Below, one piece after another: positions 16,947 through 26,275 of a stretch of 32,000 nt of DNA. The DNA is taken from positions 480,001 to 512,000 of the forward strand of contig CAVRAI010000015.1 of assembly GCA_963718915.1 (NCBI GenBank). The letters are read 5' to 3'. The first letter of the stretch is position 1. Every line of letters begins with the position of its first letter. A program made the translations under genes and the position numbers. The DNA is from an uncultured Chloroflexia bacterium (lineage in GTDB: Bacteria > Chloroflexota > Ktedonobacteria > Ktedonobacterales > JADMIN01). Under the pieces are notes generated by a model that worked only from the letters and a program-made list of their open reading frames with translations, did no database searches and was not told where the DNA came from.

Positions 16947-17001
16947 GGCGGCTAAAGCCGCGCCTACGGGCCTGCGGCCACAAAGCCCGCCTACGCGGGC
17001 T
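16947..17001 (-). repeat. Family A repeat, copy d
   Basis: The reverse complement reads AGCCCGC-GTAG-GCGGGCT TTGTGGCCGCAGGCCCGTAGGCGCGGCTTTAGCCGCC. It starts 4 nt after the stop of the 69-aa ORF. Confidence 0.8.
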
Positions 17002-17063
17002 AGCAGAGGCGCCGCATCATTATCTTGTAGGGGAAACGCGATCACACCCGGCCAGGATTAGCC

Positions 17064-17232
17064 GCGGCATTATGAACGTTAAGCAATACCTCCGAACAGC
17101 GTGTTGGGGTGGGCGTGCCGGAGCCTGCCAGCAAATGGGTAGAGGAAATTCGCCGTAGCGTTCACGCTTCGGCTTGCTCGCCCCACCGCAATGCCCGTGT
17201 CTGCCGCACATGCTTAACCTTCATAATGCCGC
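17064..17232. repeat. MITE-like 169-bp element bounded by 22-bp inverted repeats (contains family B copy c)
   Basis: GCGGCATTATGAACGTTAAGCA (17064-17085) matches the reverse complement of 17211-17232 (GCGGCATTATGAAGGTTAAGCA) at 21/22 positions. An internal hairpin GCCGTAGCG-TTCA-CGCTTCGGC lies at 17152-17173. Confidence 0.65.
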
Positions 17233-17277
17233 CATGTTGGATTGTCACCCACCGCGCCCTGACGGCTCGCCCCTCAG

Positions 17278-18228
17278 CTACCCCACAAACTCCGCCAGCC
17301 GCCTGCCGACCTCGGCGGGCGCGTCCTCCAGCAGCAGGTGGCCCGCGTTGGGGATCGTCACGAACTGCGCGCCGGGAATCTCATCGCGCAGCCGCTCGCC
17401 CAGCGCGGGCGGCGTGACGCTATCCTGTTCGCCCCAGAGCAGCAGCACCGGAACCGTCAGCTTCGCGTTATCAGACGCGACCGAGTTCATGTAGTTCGGA
17501 TTCATCAGGCGGACGTGCTGATAAAGCATCTGCTTGCCCACGTTGCCGTTCCACTCGTTCACATACGCCCCGATACGGTCGCTGGCAAGCTTCGAGACGG
17601 CGCCGTTGGGCAGCGTCTTGCGCAGATCGTTGAGCACATCCTCGATGTTCGCGTGATGCGGCGCCTCGGGATCCTGATGCTTCGCCATCTCGGGCAGCGG
17701 CCAGTTGGGCGCGAACGCCGTCTCGAAGGCGTAGGAGTTGATGAGCGCCAGTCTCGCGACGTTCTCGCGGAAGAGCCGATTGGCCAGCACCTGCGCCACC
17801 GCCGCGCCCAGACCGATGCCAACCAGCGTCACCTCGCTGAGCTTCAGTCCCTGGAAAGCGTAGAGCAGCGAGTCGGCATGTCCCCAGATGCTCGTATCCG
17901 ACGGCCAGGGATGGTCCGACTGCCCATAGCCGAGCATATCGAAGGCGTAGACGGCGTGCGCCGTCGAGGCCAGCGTCGGCATGACGCCATCCCAGACGAA
18001 CGCGCCGCCGGGCAGATCATGGAGCAGCACAATTGCCCCACGCGGCCCCGCCGCCTCATTGGCGACGACGTAGCTCAGGTTGTAGTGGATGCTACGCGCC
18101 GTGCCCCGCTGCGTGGCGACCGCTGGGGCGCTGGCCTTCGCCGGGGGCGCGCTCGTGGCGCTATCCTGTGGCTGTGAGGGTTGTACAGGCTGCGCGGGCG
18201 TCTGTTCGCTTTCCGGTGTCTCGCTCAT
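17278..18228 (-). CDS. Alpha/beta-hydrolase-fold protein lacking the canonical nucleophile
   Basis: Fold motifs VLLHDLPGG...W, DMLGYGQSD, WGEQDSV and NAGHLLLED. The nucleophile elbow reads VGIGLGA, with Gly where Ser or Asp is expected. There is a disordered Pro/Gln/Ala-rich N-terminus. ATG 18228 (MSETPES). Confidence 0.75.
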   Translation of the reverse strand: MSETPESEQTPAQPVQPSQPQDSATSAPPAKASAPAVATQRGTARSIHYNLSYVVANEAAGPRGAIVLLHDLPGGAFVWDGVMPTLASTAHAVYAFDMLGYGQSDHPWPSDTSIWGHADSLLYAFQGLKLSEVTLVGIGLGAAVAQVLANRLFRENVARLALINSYAFETAFAPNWPLPEMAKHQDPEAPHHANIEDVLNDLRKTLPNGAVSKLASDRIGAYVNEWNGNVGKQMLYQHVRLMNPNYMNSVASDNAKLTVPVLLLWGEQDSVTPPALGERLRDEIPGAQFVTIPNAGHLLLEDAPAEVGRRLAEFVG

Positions 18229-18268
18229 CAGGTAGTATCTCTTCCTAAACTCTCGATGATTCCGTTGG

Positions 18269-19706
<1,438 letters not shown>

Positions 19707-19716
19707 GGAGCGCGGG

Positions 19717-21567
19717 CTAGCTGGCGAGCGGATACATCAGCGCGTTGGTGTACGTTGTCTCGCCTGATGTGCAGAGCGCCATCCATCCGCTGGTGTAGGT
19801 TGCGTCGGTGACAGACGGCAACGCGATGCCGTTGATGTAGGGTGTGATCTGGCTGCCCTGGTAGAGCACGCCAACCTCGAAATGCGCGGCCAGTGGGCCA
19901 CTGAGACCGTTGCCAGCTATAGTAGTCGATTTGCCATCGGCATCAACTTTAGAGATTGAGTAGGTCTTCCCCACCGTATCAATCTGGAAATAATAGCCGG
20001 TAATATTGACCTGACTGCCGCTCGTGTTCCCTTCGTCCTGACGGAAACCGAGCACGACGAAGCCCGTCGTCCCCGGTTGGGCAATGGTGGCCACATAGCC
20101 GTCGTCCTGTGTCACATCTTTGCGCTGAATACAGCCGAGGTGTGTCTGGTCCGTCGCCGTGAGATCAACGCCGCCACTATCCGGGCAGGCGGTGGTCACA
20201 TTGCTGCTCTTCTCCCATGGCGTCGTCGGTTGCTGACCGCAGAACGGTGACGGATCAGAGATTTTCAGGTTAGCGGTGGTGCTGTCCACGCCGGATGGAG
20301 GCGGTAGCGGCGCTGTCACATCAGCGCTAATGCCCGATGGTTTGCTGGTGGCCGTGGGGATGGGCGTCTTTTGCGCGGCTGCCGCGGTCGCCGTCAACCC
20401 TGCTATCGCGGTCTGCGTCGCCGAGGTCGAATGGGCCTGCGCGCCCGCGGTCTGCTGGGCTGTCTGTGTCTGTTGCGCCTGCTGCTTCTGTTGCTGCTGC
20501 ACGATCAGTCCGCCCGCGCCGACGATACCCACCAGCAAGACAATCGCGGCAAGAAGCGAGAGCCAGACACGCCCCAGCCCCGGCTGGCGTGGCGGTTTTT
20601 CCTTACCCACTGGCCACTTCGGCGCAGGTCCCTGCGAGACTTTCCCGCCAGCGGCGGGCGCGGGCGCTGCTACGACCGGCGCGACAACATCACCAGCGGC
20701 CGACTTCTGCGCCAGCGCCTCCTGGAGCGCCTGCGCGTAGTCCGCGATGGATGGGTAGCGCAGCGTCGGATCTTTGGCCAGCGCGCGACTGAGTACGCCG
20801 TCCACCTTCGCGGGAAGCGCCGCGTTATACGAGCGCACCGAGGGCGGCGTGCCATAGAGATGCCCCTGCGTCAGCGTTGCCATATCGCCCTCGTATGGCG
20901 TGTGGCTGGTGAGCAGCTGATAGGTCATCACCGCCAGGGCGTATTGGTCGCTCGCGGGCGAGAAGTCGCCGCTGAACTGCTCGGGCGCCATATAGGCGAG
21001 GGTGCCCGATACCTTGGTGCGGTGGCTGCTGGCGTCGGCGCCGCGCGCGATGCCAAAATCGGCCAGCAGCGCGTGCCAGTGGCCGGTCGGCTCCAGCTGC
21101 AACAGCACGTTGCCGGGCTTGACATCACGGTGGACGACGCCGCGATCATGGGTATACTGGAGGGCGGCGGCAACCTGGCCGATGAGGTCGGCGACGAAGG
21201 CTGGCGAGGCGGGCAACGTCAGCGGATGCGCCGTCCGCCCTTTGATGGCGTCGGCCAGCGAGCCATCGGGCGCATACTGCATGACGAGGTAGAGCAGGTC
21301 GCCCTGCACGCCGCTATCATGCACCGGCAGAATGTTGGGATGCGAAAAATTGCCGAGCAGCCCCGCCTCGCGCTGGAACCGCCGCGCGATATCCGCAATC
21401 TGTGCGCTATCGCCGTCGCTATCTTCATCGGCCTGCACGATTTTGACGGCGACGGCGCGGTTCCCGACCCGGATCTGCTCGCCGAGATAGACCTCGCCCA
21501 TGCCGCCCTCGCCGATTTTGCGCACGAGCTTGCAGCCGCCTACCTCACGCCCTTCCAGATGCAACAT
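19717..21567 (-). CDS. Membrane-spanning Ser/Thr protein kinase with extracytoplasmic beta-rich C-terminal domain
   Basis: GEGGMGEVY, VAVK, HRDVKPGN, DFG and APE motifs. A Pro/Ala linker, TM helix VWLSLLAAIVLLVGIVGAGGLIV, a Gln-rich tract, then a ~200-aa Thr/Gly-rich domain. Confidence 0.9.
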   Translation of the reverse strand: MLHLEGREVGGCKLVRKIGEGGMGEVYLGEQIRVGNRAVAVKIVQADEDSDGDSAQIADIARRFQREAGLLGNFSHPNILPVHDSGVQGDLLYLVMQYAPDGSLADAIKGRTAHPLTLPASPAFVADLIGQVAAALQYTHDRGVVHRDVKPGNVLLQLEPTGHWHALLADFGIARGADASSHRTKVSGTLAYMAPEQFSGDFSPASDQYALAVMTYQLLTSHTPYEGDMATLTQGHLYGTPPSVRSYNAALPAKVDGVLSRALAKDPTLRYPSIADYAQALQEALAQKSAAGDVVAPVVAAPAPAAGGKVSQGPAPKWPVGKEKPPRQPGLGRVWLSLLAAIVLLVGIVGAGGLIVQQQQKQQAQQTQTAQQTAGAQAHSTSATQTAIAGLTATAAAAQKTPIPTATSKPSGISADVTAPLPPPSGVDSTTANLKISDPSPFCGQQPTTPWEKSSNVTTACPDSGGVDLTATDQTHLGCIQRKDVTQDDGYVATIAQPGTTGFVVLGFRQDEGNTSGSQVNITGYYFQIDTVGKTYSISKVDADGKSTTIAGNGLSGPLAAHFEVGVLYQGSQITPYINGIALPSVTDATYTSGWMALCTSGETTYTNALMYPLAS

Positions 21568-21628
21568 CGCGCCCTCCAGCGTAGTATATGTCGTCCAGCC
21601 GTCATTTCATTCGCGGTAGCTCGTCCGC

Positions 21629-21657
21629 AGTATACCAGAGCAGCGGTATCTCTCCAA
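21629..21657 (-). promoter_or_regulatory. Putative promoter of the membrane kinase gene
   Basis: Minus strand reads TTGGAG, a 17-nt spacer, then TATACT with an upstream TG (extended -10). Confidence 0.45.
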
Positions 21658-21730
21658 GTTAATACGTTGCACGCTCGTTGGAAGTTCACAGGCAGCGGGC
21701 GTTGAGGGCAAATCTCGTCGAGGGTACGTG

Positions 21731-22174
21731 TCAGCCGTCGGAGGGTGGCGTCGTATACGCTGGGCGGCGCTCGCGGCGTATGACGAAGCGTGTGCCATAC
21801 TCTTCATCCGAAAATGACGCAATCTTGTTATCCACCAGGTCGGTCTGGAGCGCCGCTTCCTGCATCGCCTCCCAGTTGAGCGTCACGCCGCGCCTGCGGG
21901 CAACCGGCTTCTTCAGCAGCAGCACCCAGATTGCGCCATCGGGCGCGATGCGCCACTGGAGCGCGGCGAATCGCTCGGCCAGTCCAGCGGCGGCCTGGGG
22001 CCAGAGGAAGATGAGGTCATAGCGGTTCGAGTCGTCATCCGCATCGTCCACCGTCACGCCCGGCGGGCAGGCGGCACGCAGCAGCGCGGCGGAGGTCGCG
22101 GGCGCATCCAGCAGCAGGATCGAGCAGCCGGGCACGATGCCAAGTTTGTGGGCGAGGTTCGATATGTCGGTCAT
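21731..22174 (-). CDS. DUF3052-like protein
   Basis: 147 aa. The N-terminus LAHKLGIVPGCSILLLDAP and overall pattern resemble the DUF3052 family, recognised by eye only. Confidence 0.5.
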   Translation of the reverse strand: MTDISNLAHKLGIVPGCSILLLDAPATSAALLRAACPPGVTVDDADDDSNRYDLIFLWPQAAAGLAERFAALQWRIAPDGAIWVLLLKKPVARRRGVTLNWEAMQEAALQTDLVDNKIASFSDEEYGTRFVIRRERRPAYTTPPSDG

Positions 22175-22192
22175 TGAGCGCTCTTTCGTGGA

Positions 22193-22786
22193 CTATGTCG
22201 CCCTGGGCTTGCGCCCGCCGTATGCGAGGTGCTTGAGCAGCCGACCCTCGGCGGAGTCCTGGATGAGGGTGGCGAGCCGCCGCTGGCGTGTCGAATCGGT
22301 CTTCGCGCTCATCACCCACCAGATGGCGGTACGCTGGTAGGAGGGTATCTGTGCCTGAAAGAACGCCCAGGCGGACGCATTCGCGCGGAATATTGCCTCG
22401 TCCGCCGCGTCGAGTGATTGCGGTTGGTTCTCGAAGGAGTATAAGCCCGCCTGGCGTGGATCGCGCCCGGTGAACGTCTTGAGGCCCGCTGGCTCCATTC
22501 GCCCCTGCTCGATGAGCTGCTCGGCCCGACGAATGTTGACCGCGCTCCAGATGCTATGCGCTGTGCGTGGGGTGAAGCGGGCGGTGTAGCGGTTCTCGTC
22601 GAGCGCGCGCACGTGGCCGTCGATCCAGCCGAAGCAGAGCGCCTCGTCGACCGCCTGCGCCTGGGTGAAGCCCGTCACGCCGGAGCGCTTTTTGTAGAAG
22701 CCGAGCAGGAGTTCCTGTTCGCTGGCATGGTGCTCCCGCAGCCAGGCGCGAAACTCCTCCGGCGAGCGAAAAAAGGTCGGCTCCAT
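22193..22786 (-). CDS. YdeI/OmpD-associated family protein
   Basis: FRSPEEFRAWLREHH...LLLGFYKK...VDEALCFGWIDG...RFTPRTAHSIWSAVN is typical of the YdeI family. Confidence 0.75.
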   Translation of the reverse strand: MEPTFFRSPEEFRAWLREHHASEQELLLGFYKKRSGVTGFTQAQAVDEALCFGWIDGHVRALDENRYTARFTPRTAHSIWSAVNIRRAEQLIEQGRMEPAGLKTFTGRDPRQAGLYSFENQPQSLDAADEAIFRANASAWAFFQAQIPSYQRTAIWWVMSAKTDSTRQRRLATLIQDSAEGRLLKHLAYGGRKPRAT

Positions 22787-22969
22787 CGCTATCCTCTGCT
22801 ACTGGTGCGAAACGGTTACATATCACCATTGTAGCAAACAGATGTTCTACTGGCCAGCCCGCACAAGTAACGCGCCTGCCCGCCTTTGGCCTCTCTCCGT
22901 AGTAGTGATACACTGCTGGAGGTATAGCGAATCACTATTTGTCCATTCAAGGGCAGAAAGCGCAAATAT

Positions 22970-23257
22970 ATGCAAGAGATTACCATTCCACTCGATGACC
23001 AGAGCGCTGAGCGCCTGCAAGAACTGGCGCGCCAACGAGGTGAGACGGTGGAGCAAATCGCGCAGGCCTTGCTGCGCTCGACACTCCCTCCATCCCCTGC
23101 TCCTTTCGCGCCCGATGATCCAGATGGTTCCAAGGCCATTCTCGCCCTATCGGGGACGGCCAAGTATCCTGGCATCGTCGGCAAGGTCAATACCACCAAT
23201 GAGGAGATTGACCGACTTATCGCGGAGGAGGCTATGAATCCTCATGAGGACGAATAG
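22970..23257 (+). CDS. Ribbon-helix-helix (CopG/antitoxin-like) protein
   Basis: MQEITIPLDDQSAERLQELARQRGETVEQIAQALLRS fits a beta-strand plus two-helix RHH pattern. The RBS is weak and the region has lower GC. Confidence 0.55.
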   Translation: MQEITIPLDDQSAERLQELARQRGETVEQIAQALLRSTLPPSPAPFAPDDPDGSKAILALSGTAKYPGIVGKVNTTNEEIDRLIAEEAMNPHEDE

Positions 23258-23600
23258 CCTCTTCGTAGTTGAAGAGCCCGTTGAGGATTGCTTCTGCTGT
23301 CCGAACGACCTTGGTTCGGTCTAGCAGCAGGTCTGGCGCTCTCCTATAGCCACCAAGTAGGGCATTGACCTCATGCATGACCTCCGCTCGGTGATGTAAT
23401 GTACTTGGGCCATCCTGGCCTACATCCAGTTCTGTGAGTTTCTCTATCTGCCGGTGGGCTTCTCTTCTGACGAGATACTTCTCATAGGGAGTGAGTTGCT
23501 CCAAGGTCTTCCCTTTAACCTCGTCCCGAATTGCAGCCCACGCTTTGTCCCGCTGCATGTTAAGGTTGCGCATGAATTCACGGTGAGATGGATCACTCAT
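23232..23600 (-). CDS. Hypothetical helical protein (122 aa)
   Basis: AGGAGA lies 6 nt upstream of ATG 23600. The composition is coding-like. The 3' end overlaps the RHH gene by 26 nt. Confidence 0.55.
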   Translation of the reverse strand: MSDPSHREFMRNLNMQRDKAWAAIRDEVKGKTLEQLTPYEKYLVRREAHRQIEKLTELDVGQDGPSTLHHRAEVMHEVNALLGGYRRAPDLLLDRTKVVRTAEAILNGLFNYEEAIRPHEDS

Positions 23601-23821
23601 CGGCAGTCTCCTGTTAATTGGTCTGTTCGGTAGTGGAAACCTGTAACGCCACCTTAGGTTTCAGCTTGTGCAGTGTTGGCCTAACGCTTGCCATGATGTT
23701 ATAGCGTCCCAACCTGCGATGAACCATACACGATCTCGAGAGGGGGAATCTCCGACCCTCGCACCTATTACGTCGCGCAACCCATCCAACCCTGACACCA
23801 GCACGCCGCACCGACAGCCAC

Positions 23822-25099
23822 CTACGCCGGGCGCTCGCTGCCCGCGTCCAGTGGCGGGATGGCGGGCGAGTTCAGGCCGAGGCTGATGCGCGCCCGCGCC
23901 GAGCGGATCACCTGGCGGATGCGTCCGCGTCGCGCCGGGTTCATCTCGTGGCGCAGCATGGGGCGTCCCAGGAGTGGAAATATGACTGAGCTGAGGATGG
24001 CCACCGCCAGCACCGCGCCATAGGTCGTCGGCTGAAGCTGCTTGAGGTTGATGCCAATCTGCGCAATTGCGACGATCAGGGTCAGCGGCGCGCTCAGCAG
24101 CAGCACCGCTCCAGTGGTCGAGCGCCAGGAGACGCCCGCGAAGAGCAGCAGCGGCGTTGCTAGCAGCCGCAGGAGGAGCAGTCCCGCCAGTAGCCCGCCG
24201 ATCAGCAGCAGCGAGTCGCCATTCAAAAGTACGCTCAGTCGCAGGCTCATCCCAACGGAGATGAAGAAGAGCGGGATGAAGAATCCCTGCCCCATCGTGC
24301 TGAGCTTGCGCCCGACGGTATTGTGTCCGCGAAACGCGAAGCTGCACACTGCGCCCGCGATGAACGCCGCCAGTATCTGCTCGACCTCGAGCAGCACCGC
24401 AATCGCCGCGAACATCAGCATGAACGCCAGAGCGGCGCGCACCCCCAGCTCCGCCGTATCGCGCGCATGGAAGAGCCGCATGAACCGTCCGGGCGAACTG
24501 GCGACGGAGGTATTGAGCCAGCGGAGGACGAGGTAGCCAACGAAGAGCAGCGCCGCCAGCTTCAGCGCCGCCAGCGCCAACGGCAGCCCCACGCCGAAGC
24601 GACTGACGAGGTCATAGGTCGTCACTTCGAGGATCGTGAGAAACTCGCCCAGCGCGCCCACAAGCAGCACGGTCTGGCCAAAGCTACTCTGCGCCAGTTG
24701 CAGTTCTTTGAGCACCACCAGCAGCAGGCTGACCGAGACAGCGCCCAGCAGCAGAATGTAGATGGGGGGCAGACGCAGATAGATGCCCACCGCCAGCGCC
24801 AGCCCTTGCAATCCGAGCGCGGCGCACCCGGCGCGGAGCAACATCCCCGGGCCACGGCGGCGCAGCATCGTGAAGTCGATTTCGAGTCCAGCCAGGAACA
24901 TCAGCAGTAGAAAGCCAAACTGCGCCAGTGTCGTGATGAAGATGCCGGGATCATGCATCCAGGGGAGGAGGTTTGCCGCCAGAATACCGTAGATCATCTC
25001 GCACGGCGCGGTAAACCAGCCAATTCGCTCGCTAATAATCGGCACGATGAACGCGCCCGCCGTCACAACCAGCAACATCAACGCCTGTCTGGAATCCAT
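23822..25099 (-). CDS. Cation:proton antiporter (Na+/H+ exchanger family, CPA-type)
   Basis: About 11-12 hydrophobic helices. The N-terminus ...VPIISERIGWFTAPCEMIYGIL is typical of this family. GAGAAGGGA RBS precedes ATG 25099. Confidence 0.8.
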   Translation of the reverse strand: MDSRQALMLLVVTAGAFIVPIISERIGWFTAPCEMIYGILAANLLPWMHDPGIFITTLAQFGFLLLMFLAGLEIDFTMLRRRGPGMLLRAGCAALGLQGLALAVGIYLRLPPIYILLLGAVSVSLLLVVLKELQLAQSSFGQTVLLVGALGEFLTILEVTTYDLVSRFGVGLPLALAALKLAALLFVGYLVLRWLNTSVASSPGRFMRLFHARDTAELGVRAALAFMLMFAAIAVLLEVEQILAAFIAGAVCSFAFRGHNTVGRKLSTMGQGFFIPLFFISVGMSLRLSVLLNGDSLLLIGGLLAGLLLLRLLATPLLLFAGVSWRSTTGAVLLLSAPLTLIVAIAQIGINLKQLQPTTYGAVLAVAILSSVIFPLLGRPMLRHEMNPARRGRIRQVIRSARARISLGLNSPAIPPLDAGSERPA

Positions 25100-25325
25100 G
25101 GGCGATCCCTTCTCAATGTTGGCCGCGTACTCCGGCGCGGTCCCCACCGACATTCGCAGGTTCGATGCCGAGACTATACCCAGCCTCCCTGAGACCAGGC
25201 TGAGGGCAAGATGAAATAATGTCGGACATTTGGAGAACCTGTGTGGCGCCAGGTGTTAGTATGAGGTGGTCAGCGCACACCTATGCGCCAAAGAACGCAA
25301 GATCAGCTCAGTGGAGAACAACAAC

Positions 25326-25679
25326 GTGACATATCGCCAGTTCCCAGGCGCATCCCTGCCCGAAATGACCGTGCGCGAGGCCGCCAGCCATCTGGCCGAG
25401 CCTGAGACGACCGCTATCCTGCTCGACGTACGCGAGCCGTACGAATACGTGCCGCGCCACGCGCGGGGCGCCGTAAACATCCCCATGAGTGAGTTCGTCG
25501 CCCGTATCGCCGAGGTTCCCCAGGATCGGGAAGTACTGGTAATTTGCGAGCACGGCTCGCGCAGCGAGGATGTTGTTCGTTATTTGATGCGCCAGGGCTA
25601 TACGCAGGCCATCAACGTGGATGGCGGCACCGAGATGTGGGAGTCTGCTGGTCTGCCGATGGAGTATCCCAGCAAATAA
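25326..25679 (+). CDS. Rhodanese-domain sulfurtransferase
   Basis: ILLDVREPYEY...ARGAVNIP...VICEHGSRS active-site loop. GGAGAA precedes GTG 25326; the start is uncertain and the ORF opens at 25266. Confidence 0.8.
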   Translation: MTYRQFPGASLPEMTVREAASHLAEPETTAILLDVREPYEYVPRHARGAVNIPMSEFVARIAEVPQDREVLVICEHGSRSEDVVRYLMRQGYTQAINVDGGTEMWESAGLPMEYPSK

Positions 25680-25820
25680 CGGCGTCTCGTCGTACCTCTC
25701 TCTTCTTCCCCCTTCACCACAGCCGCGAACAGGCGTATAGTGGCAGGTACGCGGCTGGCTGGTTATTCGCGCGCCATGTGAGCGCTGCTCAAGGCCAGGC
25801 GTTGAAAGGGGCGAATCACT

Positions 25821-26111
25821 ATGGGTATCTTCGGCAACCTGATCAAGTACTTCTTCCGCGCCTTCTTCCGCATCGTCTTCTCGTCGCTGCTCTTCGCCAT
25901 CATCGGCGCCGGTCTGACGCTACTCATCTCCTTCCTCGTCACCGACACCTGGCCGCCGACGACACTGACCATCGCGGCATGCGTTGTGATCGCGATCCTC
26001 GCCGCCTACGCCGCGGGCATGACTGTTTTGGTGGGCGAGGCGATTGGCGCCGTTCGCGACGCCGAGCAAGAGGTAGCCAAAGGGGTGGGCGAGCTGGAAG
26101 CCAAGAAATAG
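25821..26111 (+). CDS. Small membrane protein, unknown function
   Basis: 96 aa with two hydrophobic helices and a charged C-terminal helix. AAAGGGG lies upstream. Confidence 0.6.
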   Translation: MGIFGNLIKYFFRAFFRIVFSSLLFAIIGAGLTLLISFLVTDTWPPTTLTIAACVVIAILAAYAAGMTVLVGEAIGAVRDAEQEVAKGVGELEAKK

Positions 26112-26275
26112 CGGCTTCCAGGCCCTGCTGGAATACGAATACGGAACGAATTGTTTTCCTTCCGCAACACCAACCGCATACTTCCGTCACACTTTGCTGC
26201 TATGCTAGCTTACGTGGAAGGCATGTGTATCGTGATGTGACAACACGGCATGACATGGGGCGGAAGGGGAATACT

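Noticed and set aside
16369-17001. Integron attC sites flanking a cassette (GTTTTAAC resembles core-site strings)
   Set aside because: The 7-mers do not fit RYYYAAC/GTTRRRY. No integrase or attI is present, and the same element occurs at unrelated intergenic sites.
22970-23600. Type II toxin-antitoxin pair (RHH antitoxin plus 122-aa toxin)
   Set aside because: The genes are convergent rather than co-transcribed, and the 122-aa protein shows no toxin family motif that I recognise.
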